36,526 nucleotides of DNA from a virus (IMGVR_UViG_3300024254_000019:1-36526), one strand, 5' to 3'; shown: positions 25,354 through 35,725, counted from the first letter of the stretch. Program-made: numbers and translations. The notes: generated from the sequence alone by a model not told the origin.

Positions 25354-28020
25354 CTACCATGCGGTTACGATTGCGAATCCGTTACCACCGGCGCCGCCGG
25401 TGCCTGCGGTCTGGCCGTTGATGGTTGAACCACCACCACCACCACCGCCACACTGATTGCCAGCGCCGCCATTGCCGGCGCCGCCGGAAGCAAAGATCCC
25501 GTAGCCACCACCACCGCCGTTGCCCGGCGCATAGACTGTGATCGATGCGGTTGTTGATCCGGGCTGGCCGTTTTTCGAGCCCGAGGTGCCGCCGGTAGGT
25601 TGCACTAGTCCAGAACCACCGATTGATGTGCCGCCATTGCCACCGTTATTAGGTGCCGATGTGGTGATGCCGCCTCCGGACGCGCCGCCACCGCAACCGT
25701 AGGCGTTGAAACCACCGTCAAACCCGGCACCCGTCGCACCGCTGCCACCGCCGCCGGCTCCCGGACCACCCATGCTCGGGCCGCCTAGGCTCATCGACGC
25801 CCCGACGGCGCCGCTGCCGCCACTGCCCGCCGCAAACCCGCCAACGCCGGCAGTCGCTCCAGAGGCATTGCCGCCATTCTGTCCATTGGCGCCGCCGCCG
25901 CCACCGCCCGAGGCCAAATTGAGTTGACCGCCGGCCCCGGCACCGCCGCCACCGATCGCCGCAAACGAACCGAACTGGGTAAATCCGCCGGTGACACCAT
26001 TGCCGCCCACCGTTGTATTCGAGCCTGAAGCCGTGCCGGCGGTTCCACCGGTGCCAACGGTGACGGTCAAGCTTGTGGCCAGGTCGGAAGCGCGAACCTG
26101 CAGCGTATGGCAGGCGCCACCACCACCACCGCCGCCGCCCGAGGCTGCAGTGCCCGAGGTCTGATGGGCGCCACCACCACCACCGCCGCCGGCGCCACAC
26201 ATGAACACCTGCACCCACTTGGCGGACGGCGGCTTGTACCATGTGGTCCCGCCGGGCGTAGTATAAACGTTGACTGTCGCGCCGCCGGTATTATAGACGC
26301 CGCCAAGGCTCGGCAGCGGCAACGAATAAGTATAGTTGTTGAAATCGTTGCCGGTAACCACGTTGCCATTGGTGTCATTGGTGATGGAAACCGCAGTGCC
26401 CGATGTTCCGATGTGCGCGACGTTGCCTTTGACGACGGTCACGGCAACACCGGCCGCAGCAGTCTGTGAGATTGCCGGCGCGGTGATGGTGCCGGGCATA
26501 TCCCAATAGAGATTTTGTAACGTCATCGAGCCGCCGGTTTGCAAAAACCCGGTAGAGGCGGCGTCCACATCGACCATATGCCCACCGTCGACGCGCAGCA
26601 CACCACCGGTTACGCATACCTGATTGATTGCGCCGGTGATGCCTTGCGCAATCACCAAATAAAGCTGTGCAATCTGCGTGGTGCCGCCGGTGATTTTAAA
26701 TTTGCAATTGCTGTCGGGCGCACCACCGGAGGAATAGACATTGTTGAACTGGTTTTCCAGTCCACCGGCGATTTGTAGGGTGGCCAATTGACCGTCCAGC
26801 ATCACGTTCGTCAGGTGGATCGGCGTTGAGCTGGAATTTGCATTTGATGTGATGGTCAAACTTGCCTGGAAAAAATCGATATCGGTGGCATTCAAGCCGT
26901 CCATCCGGCCGATATTCCAGCCAATATTGCTGCCATCAGCATAAGTGTTGTAGGTAATTGCCAGACAACAAGCAAATCCAAACGACCATGCGTGCCAACC
27001 GCGAACATGCGCAAAATCCTGCCCGCCATCGAGATCTAGCCCTTTATTGAGCGCTCCCATTTCGATGTTTTGCATGGTCGGTGCGATATTGGCCAAGAAG
27101 CTAAAACCATCCCAGGCGCCCTCGATGTGAACATTCCAGAACCGTGGACGATTGGCGGTGGTCGATTTGATTGCCGGCGGATATTTGCAGCCGGTCCCAC
27201 CGGCGCCAGAGGTGCAGCCGGCGGCGAGCGTCGCGAAATTTGCGCGTGACGGGCCAAAGTGCAGGACATCTAGGTTGACCACGCCTGGCGAGGCAATGTT
27301 GGCGGATAGCGTCAGCACATTGCCGGCGATGCTATTCACTTTGACGCCAGCGTTTGGGACAGTAAGGTTGTTGCCGAAGGCGTTGGTGAGCCCGGCGCCG
27401 CCAACGCCAAAATCCTGAATATAATTGTTAACCCGGATACCGGTGGCACTGGTGACGGTGACGGTATTGGTTCCGGCCGACGCCGCGCCGTTGGCGGTGG
27501 TGGTCACATCAGGCGGCTGAGAGAACACGATCGCGATATCATGCACGCACGGGCTCGCGGTTTCGCCGCCGGTCAGCGCGATGACGGCGCTATCGGTTGA
27601 CGAGAAATTCTGATCGACGGTCAGGAACGTGGAATGATCGCCCGCGCCCCACAGGCATTGGCCACTGGTCAGATTGATTTGGCCATTGACGTGATAGGTG
27701 CCGGCCGGCAAGCGCACATCCTTGTTGGTCGCCGCTGCATTGTTGATCGCGGTTGTCCAGTTGGTAACGCTGCCGGCCGCGACGCCGGAGGTGTAGTCCA
27801 ACGGATTGGCGGCGCTATCGAGAAACTGTGCAACCCACCGGGTTCCGTTCCAAATTTCCTCGATAGACAAATCGGTATTGAGCCCTTTTTGCCCGAGGAT
27901 CGGGCTGGATGGCCGGTTGGCAGTTGACCAGCACGGCATACCGGGCGGACACGCCTGCGCATTTGCTTCGGTGCTGCCAAGTAGCAACAACGCAAGCAGT
28001 GCTAGAACGCGAAATACCAT
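25354..28020 (-). CDS. Pectate-lyase-like beta-helix (tailspike-type) protein with a Gly-rich C-terminal domain and signal-peptide-like N-terminus
   Basis: NPLDY...NWTTAINNA...VRLPAGTY...LWGAG beta-helix start; YTTPG..TW.KP...VQVFMCGAGGGGG glycine-rich domain. Confidence 0.75.
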   Translation of the reverse strand: MVFRVLALLALLLLGSTEANAQACPPGMPCWSTANRPSSPILGQKGLNTDLSIEEIWNGTRWVAQFLDSAANPLDYTSGVAAGSVTNWTTAINNAAATNKDVRLPAGTYHVNGQINLTSGQCLWGAGDHSTFLTVDQNFSSTDSAVIALTGGETASPCVHDIAIVFSQPPDVTTTANGAASAGTNTVTVTSATGIRVNNYIQDFGVGGAGLTNAFGNNLTVPNAGVKVNSIAGNVLTLSANIASPGVVNLDVLHFGPSRANFATLAAGCTSGAGGTGCKYPPAIKSTTANRPRFWNVHIEGAWDGFSFLANIAPTMQNIEMGALNKGLDLDGGQDFAHVRGWHAWSFGFACCLAITYNTYADGSNIGWNIGRMDGLNATDIDFFQASLTITSNANSSSTPIHLTNVMLDGQLATLQIAGGLENQFNNVYSSGGAPDSNCKFKITGGTTQIAQLYLVIAQGITGAINQVCVTGGVLRVDGGHMVDVDAASTGFLQTGGSMTLQNLYWDMPGTITAPAISQTAAAGVAVTVVKGNVAHIGTSGTAVSITNDTNGNVVTGNDFNNYTYSLPLPSLGGVYNTGGATVNVYTTPGGTTWYKPPSAKWVQVFMCGAGGGGGGGAHQTSGTAASGGGGGGGGACHTLQVRASDLATSLTVTVGTGGTAGTASGSNTTVGGNGVTGGFTQFGSFAAIGGGGAGAGGQLNLASGGGGGGANGQNGGNASGATAGVGGFAAGSGGSGAVGASMSLGGPSMGGPGAGGGGSGATGAGFDGGFNAYGCGGGASGGGITTSAPNNGGNGGTSIGGSGLVQPTGGTSGSKNGQPGSTTASITVYAPGNGGGGGYGIFASGGAGNGGAGNQCGGGGGGGSTINGQTAGTGGAGGNGFAIVTAW

Positions 28021-31000
28021 GTTGATGTTGCCGATATGTAAATGGCTTCGACGCGCTGACCGGCGGCCAGCGTGTTTGGTGCGGTGCTGACGGTTTTGGT
28101 GTTGCCGTTCCAGCTCAGTGACGAGATTGGCTGCGTCGAGCGAATGCAGGCGATCTGACCGTTGACCGGCGATGCCGGCATGGTGATGGTGCCGGATGCC
28201 AGCGTGCCAGCCGGCGTTAGGATCAGGTTCCAGCCGGTCATCGTGAGGCTGAAACCAGTCGTCGGCGTATTGGTTTGCGGGCTTGGATCGACGTTAGCGG
28301 TACCGGCGGCAATCGTTGCCGTCGTCACCGCGGTCAATCGGCCCTTCGCGTCGTAGGTGATGACAGGAACGGTGGTGGCGTTGCCGGTCGGGCCACCGGC
28401 AGTGATCACACTCGCCAAGGTGTTGACGGTGCCACCGGCAGATGAGGTCACATCCCCGGTATAGGCTGGCGTGGCCGCGGTTGGCAGCGTGGTTGTCCAC
28501 GATGGATCAGCCGCAGCGCCGCCGGAAATCAGGATTTGATTGGCGGTGCCGGCCGAAGTCGCGGCAATGCCGGATGTGCCTTCGCCGATCAGCACGCCGT
28601 GCGCGGTCAGCGTGGTCTGTCCGGTGCCGCCCTGGCCGACGGTAACCGGCAAGCCCGACAGGTTGCTGACCGATGGCTGCGCGAAACTGATCACACCGGC
28701 GGCGCTGACCGCGGTGGCAAATTGGTTGGCACCGGCGGTCGCCGGAACCACGGTATTGGACACCGTGCCGGCGCTGTTTTTCGCCGACAGGATGTTGTTG
28801 GTCGTATCGGTATAGAGCTGGATTTTGCCGGCCGCCGGAGATGCTGGCGCGGTGATATTGGTAAATAGGATCGCGCCCGCGGCAGTCACCCCGGTTGGAA
28901 TATTGACCAAGGTGTTGACGGTCGCGCCGGCTGACGACGTGACATCGCCCGTATAAGCCGGCATTTGCGTCGATGCGATCGAGCCGGACAGATTGGCAAA
29001 GCTTGGCTGTGCTTTGGAAATCACGCCGCCGGCACTGATGGCCGTCAGGAAATTGTTGGCGGCGCCAGTATCGGGAACAACCGTGTTAGACACCGTGCCA
29101 GAACTGTTCTTGGCGGCGAGAATATTATTCGTGCTGTCGGTATAGACTTGGATCTTGCCGGCGGCCGGCGAGCCGGGTGCCGCAATATTGGTATGTAGAA
29201 TCGAGCCTGCGGCCGGTGTCCCATTTGGGATATTGGCCAAAGTTGCCGCATAGCCTGACGTGGTGACATCGCCAGTGAGCGGCCCAAAAGCAGCGGATGG
29301 CAATGTGCTTGTCCAAATCGGATCAGCCGCGCTTTGACCAATCAGAATCTGATTGGTGGTGCCAACCGCGGTCGATGTGATGGCGGTCGTGCCCGACCCA
29401 ATAATCACGCCGTGCGTCGTTAATGATACTGCCGAGACGTTGCCGCCGCCGGCTGGCGCAGCCCAACTCCCGTCGGCGCGTAGAAAATTCGTGGTCCCAC
29501 CACCGGATCCGGGAACAACGCCTTGCAAGCTTGTGGTGAACTGATTCAATTCGGCGGTGAGCTGCGTTTGCGTGAGATCAAGCGGCGCCGCGCTCGAACC
29601 GGTGTTGTTGCCCTTGTAGGTATGCGCCGGCATGTTCGCCAGCTTGGCATTGGTGACCGCCGCATTGGCGATGGTGAGCGACAATGAACCGCCAGCCGAG
29701 GTGACATCACCGCCGGAAAACGCCGGAACTGCGGCGGTCGGCAGCGTGCTTGTCCAGATCGGATCTGCAGCACTTTGCCCGATCAGGATTTGATTGGTGG
29801 TGCCAACGGCCGTCACGCCGAATGCGGATGTGCCCTCGCCAAGCAAGAGGCCGTGCGCAGTGAATGACCCGGCGCCGCTGCCGCCGTTGGGTACGCTGAT
29901 CGGCGTGCTCAAGCCGATGGTGACGGCTCCGGTCGCGCCCGATACGGTAATGCCGGTGCCCGCAACCGCCGAGGTAACGCCGGTATTGGCGAGCGTAATC
30001 GTCCCGGCGCCATTGGTGACGCTAATGCCGGATCCGCTGATGGCTATTGTCGCCGCCACCGGCGCAACGCCGGTCGAACCGATCAGGATTTGCCCGTTTG
30101 TCAGCGCTGCGGTCGAGGCGATCGCGCTGGCACCAGTGGCATACACCGCGCCGTTGGCAGTCATGACGCCCGAGCTGACGCCACCACCGCCGCCGGCGAG
30201 CAAATTGCTGGTTGTGCCGCCGTGGCGGAAATTCAGGGCCGTGCCGTCGTACCAATAATCGCCGTCGGCCGGCGATGTTGGTGCCACGCCAGGGGCAATG
30301 TTAATTGATGGATAACTGGTCGTCCCGGCGGCGCACTGAATTTTGCCATTGGCCAGCGCCAAGTTGCTGTGCGTCGTCCACGTGCTCGCCGTGGTCAGGT
30401 TGTAGTCAAGGTGGTTGACGGCATTGCAGCCGATAACGATGCAGTTCGAAACATTGCTGCCAGTATCGACTTGATCGCCGAGGATCAGGTTATTTGTGCC
30501 GGTGGTGATGCTGCCGCCGGTGACGGCGCCGACAAAGGTGTTGAGATCGCCGCTGGTGACGCCGGTGCCGCTGCCAAATCCTGCCCGTTCTCCGATCAGG
30601 GTGTTGGAACCACCGCCGGTGAGATAATAACCGGATAACCGGCCGAGCGTGACGTTGTTCTGACCAGTGGTCAGGGAATGAAGTGCGTCACCTCCAATGC
30701 CAGTATTGTTTTGCCCGGAAACATTGGCTTGCGCCGCGTGGTTGCCGATAAACGTACAATTTGATGTGCCAGTTGAATTTTGGCCGACACCGGAACCGAT
30801 GAAAACGTTGAAGCTGCTGCTGCTTGACAGCGCCTGGCCCGCAACATTGCCAATACCGATGTTTTCAACACCGGCCGACAATGCGCCGCCCAGTGCGCCG
30901 GTGCCGATGCCGACATTAAAGTTGCAGCTCGCGCCGACGAGCTGACCAGCGCCGGTGCCGACGAATGTGTTGTCGCTGCCATCGGTCAACGTATAGCCGG

Positions 31001-32726
31001 CGCGCCGACCAAAGCAGAGATTGTTACGGCCGGTGGTTGCTGAATGCAGCGCTTCCGCGCCTTCGACCATGTTGTAGATGCCCGTGGTGAGTGCCGCGCC
31101 CGCGCCGGGGCCTTCGATGAAATTTGAATCGCCGGTGACGGTGAAATTGCCGGCGCCGCCAAAAAACCAGTTGTAAGGCAATCCGCCGCCGGGATCGACG
31201 GCAAAGATGGCGCTCTGCGTCGCATACAGATATGCAGATCCGAGATCGACGTTGATCTGGCCGCTGACGATGTTGGTATGCGCGGCCTCACCGAACGTGC
31301 CGGCGTTATCATAGGCCACATGACCCGTTGTGCCGCCGGTGATCGTGCTCGTATTGACAACAATCGTTGCCGCACTGCCGACCGCTGATATCGTCCCGCC
31401 GGAAATCGTGATCGTCGTATTGTCAGGTTTGACAACGCCGAGAGTTGAGCTTGTCGCCGTGGCAACACTCACGACTGTTGCGCCGGTGGTTGGCGATACG
31501 CTGATAGCGCCGCTACCGGTGACTGAGGAAACGCCACCAGATGACGCAGCCCACGTCGTATTGCCTGATCCATCAGTTTGCAGGAACCAACCGCTGGTGC
31601 CGGCCGTGGTCGGCAATTTCATCGTCCATGTGCCGGCGACATCCTGAACGCTCAGCTTAACAACGCCGCTGGTCTTGCCGTCGAAATTGATGTTGCCGGT
31701 GTTGGAACCAGGCAAGCCGAGATTGATCTTGCCCTCAAATGTGTTCTGTGACGCCGCCCCAAAGCTATACAGGTTCCAACTGTTCGTTGCATTGGGCGAT
31801 GTTTGATCATCAATATAGACGCCATAGACATTGGTGGCGGCCGGTGTGCCGGTGCCAAACAGCGTTCGCCCGGCCCACATGCTGACCGATAGCGGCGTGT
31901 GTGTTGCGGTCGCGTCGAGCGTATTCTGTGAGAATACGCCAATCATTTGCAGAGCGGATGAATCGTCGGCTGATAGATGCGCCTCACCCCACAACCCATA
32001 AACGCTGGTGTTGGGGTTGACGTTTTGGCTTTCGCCGAGAGCATAAGCGCCAATGACGCCGGTGACGTCGCTGCGCCCGGTCGGCGGTGAAAACCCCGCG
32101 ACAAAGAATGCGCCGTAAATCCATGAGCACAGGCCCGCACCCGCATACAGCGCAGTGCCACCGACGCCGCCCATTTGACTAAATGGGCCGGTTGATTCCG
32201 GGTTGACCGAGGCCAGAAAATCGCCGGCCCAGAAACCGTTACTGGTGCTGGCACCGGTGTGCGTCATGGTGAGGTAGCCGGCAACGCCATCGTAAGAATC
32301 CGGCGCCGACAGATCGCCAGTGTACAATTGCTGCACCAGCAACGACGATGGAACGGTATAATTCAGCGTGTTATATGGCGAGGTGCTGCTGCCGGGGAAC
32401 CACTTGGTTTGGCCAAATGCGGCCTGATTGCCGACAATACCGGATAGCTTGTTGGTAAAGCCGCTGCCCGGCGTCCACGTGAAATTGGCATCACCACCAA
32501 AGAAACCGGAATTGTTGAACTGGATCGAGGCGCTCGGCGCTGCTGGCGACGTTGCACCTCCCGACGGCGATACTTCAATGGCATTGCCGCTGCCATCAAA
32601 CCCCAAAATCATCCCCGGCGTGCCAGTGAAATTATGCTGATCGTTCCAATTGCTCGGACGGATCAGCGTGGCATCGGGATCATCAGGCTGCGCACTATGA
32701 AACTTGTGCAGCAGGCTGACGGTCAT
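28002..32726 (-). CDS. Giant Thr/Gly/Ser-rich fibre-like protein, 1574 aa, with internal repeats
   Basis: IRPSNWN..H N-terminus, IQFNNSG.FGGD, YadA-head-like G..N...G..A repeats, GDVT repeats, ITYDAKGRLT. Confidence 0.75.
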   Translation of the reverse strand: MTVSLLHKFHSAQPDDPDATLIRPSNWNDQHNFTGTPGMILGFDGSGNAIEVSPSGGATSPAAPSASIQFNNSGFFGGDANFTWTPGSGFTNKLSGIVGNQAAFGQTKWFPGSSTSPYNTLNYTVPSSLLVQQLYTGDLSAPDSYDGVAGYLTMTHTGASTSNGFWAGDFLASVNPESTGPFSQMGGVGGTALYAGAGLCSWIYGAFFVAGFSPPTGRSDVTGVIGAYALGESQNVNPNTSVYGLWGEAHLSADDSSALQMIGVFSQNTLDATATHTPLSVSMWAGRTLFGTGTPAATNVYGVYIDDQTSPNATNSWNLYSFGAASQNTFEGKINLGLPGSNTGNINFDGKTSGVVKLSVQDVAGTWTMKLPTTAGTSGWFLQTDGSGNTTWAASSGGVSSVTGSGAISVSPTTGATVVSVATATSSTLGVVKPDNTTITISGGTISAVGSAATIVVNTSTITGGTTGHVAYDNAGTFGEAAHTNIVSGQINVDLGSAYLYATQSAIFAVDPGGGLPYNWFFGGAGNFTVTGDSNFIEGPGAGAALTTGIYNMVEGAEALHSATTGRNNLCFGRRAGYTLTDGSDNTFVGTGAGQLVGASCNFNVGIGTGALGGALSAGVENIGIGNVAGQALSSSSSFNVFIGSGVGQNSTGTSNCTFIGNHAAQANVSGQNNTGIGGDALHSLTTGQNNVTLGRLSGYYLTGGGSNTLIGERAGFGSGTGVTSGDLNTFVGAVTGGSITTGTNNLILGDQVDTGSNVSNCIVIGCNAVNHLDYNLTTASTWTTHSNLALANGKIQCAAGTTSYPSINIAPGVAPTSPADGDYWYDGTALNFRHGGTTSNLLAGGGGGVSSGVMTANGAVYATGASAIASTAALTNGQILIGSTGVAPVAATIAISGSGISVTNGAGTITLANTGVTSAVAGTGITVSGATGAVTIGLSTPISVPNGGSGAGSFTAHGLLLGEGTSAFGVTAVGTTNQILIGQSAADPIWTSTLPTAAVPAFSGGDVTSAGGSLSLTIANAAVTNAKLANMPAHTYKGNNTGSSAAPLDLTQTQLTAELNQFTTSLQGVVPGSGGGTTNFLRADGSWAAPAGGGNVSAVSLTTHGVIIGSGTTAITSTAVGTTNQILIGQSAADPIWTSTLPSAAFGPLTGDVTTSGYAATLANIPNGTPAAGSILHTNIAAPGSPAAGKIQVYTDSTNNILAAKNSSGTVSNTVVPDTGAANNFLTAISAGGVISKAQPSFANLSGSIASTQMPAYTGDVTSSAGATVNTLVNIPTGVTAAGAILFTNITAPASPAAGKIQLYTDTTNNILSAKNSAGTVSNTVVPATAGANQFATAVSAAGVISFAQPSVSNLSGLPVTVGQGGTGQTTLTAHGVLIGEGTSGIAATSAGTANQILISGGAAADPSWTTTLPTAATPAYTGDVTSSAGGTVNTLASVITAGGPTGNATTVPVITYDAKGRLTAVTTATIAAGTANVDPSPQTNTPTTGFSLTMTGWNLILTPAGTLASGTITMPASPVNGQIACIRSTQPISSLSWNGNTKTVSTAPNTLAAGQRVEAIYISATSTWYFAF

Positions 32727-35041
32727 TGCACCGTCTCCGTCACATAGCCGTCAGCGGTTTTGCGAATCCGCTTCGGCTTGCTGTGTTGTGCGAGCGCATC
32801 GAGGATCGCTTGGGTATGGGCGCCTTGCTGCGCGGCCAGATGCTGCCCGAGCGCATTGATCGCATCACCCATCGGTCCGGTGATCTGGCCGGCGTCATGT
32901 TTGACATCCACCGATGCCCTCGGGCCGTCCTGCATTTTCTTGTCGTGCATCTGCATATCGGCCGCGTGCTTGGCCATATCCATGGCGTGCTGTTCGCGCT
33001 TGATCTCGGCGTTAAGCAGCGCAAGTTGCGTCTCAAGCTGAGCCTTGCGCTCGGCAATTGCGATTTCGGATTGCGCCTGCGCCGCCTCGCGCTGCACGTC
33101 GGCTTGCGCTTTCTGCTGTTCGAGTTGCACCTTTTGCTGATTGGCGACCATATCGACTTGCGCTTTTTGCTGATCCGGATTCGGCGGCGGCGGCAATGGC
33201 TGCGAGGCCGGATCATTCGGATTCTGCGGCGCGCCCGGCATGACAAAGAACTGATCGACGTCCTTGCGATCGGTCAGCCGTACCAGTTCCTTAGCGCTGT
33301 TGTAGAAATTGCGCGGGCTGACCAAGCCGATCTGGACCGCTTCCTTTTGCGCGTTGACCAGCATTTGCAATTGCGCCAACTGCTCGGCCTTTGTCCCCGT
33401 GCCGAGGCCAACGTTGATGGTCATGTCCTCGCGGTCTTTCCAATCGGCCGGATCGACCGTCACCCATTGGTTACGCAACCGCACTGTCTGCTGCTGATCG
33501 CCATACTTGCGGATTTCTTTGTGCAGCAGACTAAACAGGTCGCGAACGCCAGTCTCGGCAAAGATCCGCGCAATCAGTTTCACCTTGGCCTGACTGGCGT
33601 TGTACATTTGGTTGGCAATGGTCGCGACTTGGTTCTGCAGTGCGTTGGGATCGGTGCCCTGCCCTTGCCGTGATACGCCGGTGCGCCATTCGCGCAGCGT
33701 ATCGAGCCACTGCATCACTGGCAGCACCGCAGCGGCGACGTTGGGCACTTCCTGCCATTCGATTGCGCCCGGCACCTTGGCGCGGATCGGCTGGCCTGGC
33801 CGCATCAGCAACAGATCATCCAGCGTCTGCGGGCCGCTATTGGACTCGTACACCACCGGCCTTGGGTTCACGCTCATATACATGTTATCCAACATCGCGC
33901 GTTGCAGCGCCGTCTTGATCTGCTGCAGCTCGATGACGACGTCGGCCACGCTTCGGCCCCAAAACCGATGCGGTTGCGGGATCGGCGACATGGTCGCCAT
34001 CGGGATCGCGTCAATCTCACGAATGTCAATCTCGCCGTTGCGGGTCAGAAACTCGTTATTCTCGCCGGTCACTACGCAATACAAGCCGGCCTGGCCCTCG
34101 CCTTCGTAATTCATGCGAATGTAATGCTCGACCACCAACACCATGCGATTGGCCGCATTGGCGCCGTCGCCGTACATTTGGCTTTCGTTAACGGTATCGC
34201 GCGCCGCGGCTTCCGCGTTGTTGAGATTGACGCTGGAGCCGGAATAACTGCTAAGCCCGCGCAGCACGTCCTGATCGTAGCCCTTGGCGATCAGGTCAGA
34301 AACCGCAACCGCCGTCTGATGATAGGCATAGCCGCAATCATCAAAGCTAGTGCAGTCGCGCGAGATGCCCACTTCCTCGGGCGGAATGCAGGCGACGCAA
34401 TGGTGCTTGATATCCTTACCGACCATCACCGCCACGTCATGCAGCGGCCCGAGCGGTGACATCTTGACCGACTCGGCGACGATCTGGAATTGCGGATTGC
34501 TGGCAATCAGAAAATAGGCATCCTCGGGCTGATCGTAGAATGTATATTTCTGCTGATTGGTTTCCGTCTCGGTCCACACCTTGATGAACCCATTTTTCGA
34601 TAGCAACGAATCCTTGATGAAATCGTACAGGATCAGAAAGCCGGGGTTTTGCTGCATGAACACATAGTTGACGTAGTCCGTTTCCTGCTGCGCGGCCTGG
34701 ACGTCGTCAGGGCCTACGGGCTCGAAACGGACCACATCATCGCCACCGGCAAAGATTTCCATCAGCGACGGCATTAAGCCTTCGATGGTGTCGAGCACGT
34801 CGGATGAGATGGCGGATGAGCGGCCCTCGGCGGACGGCATTTCGCGCTGCATGTCGCCGAGGTAGTAGCGCATGGCGCGCTCGCGCTCCATCGAGAGCGT
34901 CGAGGCTTGCGTCGGCGACATCGCGGATTCTTTTTCGGCACTGAGCAGGGCGCGCAGGCGTGCTTCGGACATACGGCGTGGGTTGCCGTCCGCTTGCGTC
35001 AGTGTGGTGGTCGCTAGCGGATCGACGTCAGTGTAGGCCAT
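32723..35041 (-). CDS. Portal protein
   Basis: RERAMRYYLG...EGRSSAISSDV.DTIE..MPSLMEIF...VRFEPVGPDDV..A.QETDYVNYVF; PHRFWGRSVAD; Gln-rich barrel tail. Confidence 0.92.
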   Translation of the reverse strand: MAYTDVDPLATTTLTQADGNPRRMSEARLRALLSAEKESAMSPTQASTLSMERERAMRYYLGDMQREMPSAEGRSSAISSDVLDTIEGLMPSLMEIFAGGDDVVRFEPVGPDDVQAAQQETDYVNYVFMQQNPGFLILYDFIKDSLLSKNGFIKVWTETETNQQKYTFYDQPEDAYFLIASNPQFQIVAESVKMSPLGPLHDVAVMVGKDIKHHCVACIPPEEVGISRDCTSFDDCGYAYHQTAVAVSDLIAKGYDQDVLRGLSSYSGSSVNLNNAEAAARDTVNESQMYGDGANAANRMVLVVEHYIRMNYEGEGQAGLYCVVTGENNEFLTRNGEIDIREIDAIPMATMSPIPQPHRFWGRSVADVVIELQQIKTALQRAMLDNMYMSVNPRPVVYESNSGPQTLDDLLLMRPGQPIRAKVPGAIEWQEVPNVAAAVLPVMQWLDTLREWRTGVSRQGQGTDPNALQNQVATIANQMYNASQAKVKLIARIFAETGVRDLFSLLHKEIRKYGDQQQTVRLRNQWVTVDPADWKDREDMTINVGLGTGTKAEQLAQLQMLVNAQKEAVQIGLVSPRNFYNSAKELVRLTDRKDVDQFFVMPGAPQNPNDPASQPLPPPPNPDQQKAQVDMVANQQKVQLEQQKAQADVQREAAQAQSEIAIAERKAQLETQLALLNAEIKREQHAMDMAKHAADMQMHDKKMQDGPRASVDVKHDAGQITGPMGDAINALGQHLAAQQGAHTQAILDALAQHSKPKRIRKTADGYVTETVQ

Positions 35042-35138
35042 CGATTACATTTTCACCGATTTGTGTTAATATTCGCCTGGCTGCCTCAGCAGCCTGGTGG
35101 AAGTGTGGCTGGCAATCCAGCCGCCCCCGGAGAGCCGG

Positions 35139-35375
35139 TCAACTTTGTGGTTGATCGGCTTTCTGTTGCAAACGTTCCCATCTCTGCGCATGCTTTAGGG
35201 CGTTTTCGAAGCTCCAATGCCATCGATACCGTCGCGATCGTTGACGCACCATGACTAAATAGAATCGCTCTCCATATAGACAAGGCAACTTCTTAATGCG
35301 CCAACCAGCTATCTCATCAGGAAAGTGCTTTTCGGCGACCGTATGCCGCGCATCATGTGGCAATTCTTCTTGCAT
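35139..35375 (-). CDS. Hypothetical basic protein, 78 aa
   Basis: AAGGA SD; lower-GC insert upstream of the portal. Confidence 0.5.
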   Translation of the reverse strand: MQEELPHDARHTVAEKHFPDEIAGWRIKKLPCLYGERFYLVMVRQRSRRYRWHWSFENALKHAQRWERLQQKADQPQS

Positions 35376-35381
35376 TTTCCT

Positions 35382-35483
35382 TCATGTCCAGAAGATCAGC
35401 ACCAGAACGATGAGGCTAAACGTGACCAAGAAAATCAACGCCACCGTCAGGCCGTGCCACAACGGCGGCAGCATGTCGTTCAT
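35382..35483 (-). CDS. Single-TM micro-protein, 33 aa (MNDMLPPLWHGLTVALIFLVTFSLIVLVLIFWT)
   Basis: ATG 35483 just after the upstream stop; strongly hydrophobic. Confidence 0.45.
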   Translation of the reverse strand: MNDMLPPLWHGLTVALIFLVTFSLIVLVLIFWT

Positions 35484-35491
35484 GCGGTCGC

Positions 35492-35725
35492 TTAGGAGAG
35501 GCGGTGCCAGACAGGAACTGGCACGCCGAGCGCGGATAGCAGCATCAGCAACACATAGAGCACGATCAGGACGGCAATCACGGTCAGCAGCACGCGGACC
35601 AAGGTCGCAAACGGTTCCGCCAGTGGAATGAGCGGCAACAGTTGCTGGATCGCCCACCAAATGATGCCGATCACGATCAGAGCGACAATGACTGCGATCA
35701 GGGCGCTGATGATGCTCATGTCCAA
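35492..35725 (-). CDS. Two-TM small membrane protein (Thivi_2564-like; holin candidate)
   Basis: GGGAG SD; two long hydrophobic helices joined by IPLAEPF. Confidence 0.65.
   Translation of the reverse strand: MDMSIISALIAVIVALIVIGIIWWAIQQLLPLIPLAEPFATLVRVLLTVIAVLIVLYVLLMLLSALGVPVPVWHRLS

Noticed and set aside
25354-26300. ccaccaccg/gccgcc low-complexity runs as a DNA repeat element
   Set aside because: Fully explained by poly-Gly codons of the glycine-rich domain.
15880-34459. Long + strand ORFs opposite structural genes (e.g. 15880..16617, 23551..24417, 32726..33673)
   Set aside because: Antisense shadows expected in GC-rich coding DNA; no recognisable motifs or RBS.
35105-35135. Twister-sister ribozyme resemblance (GCTGG-CAAT-CCAGCCGCCCC)
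   Set aside because: The conserved UGCAAGU loop and the flanking GCAA/GCUCA elements are absent.
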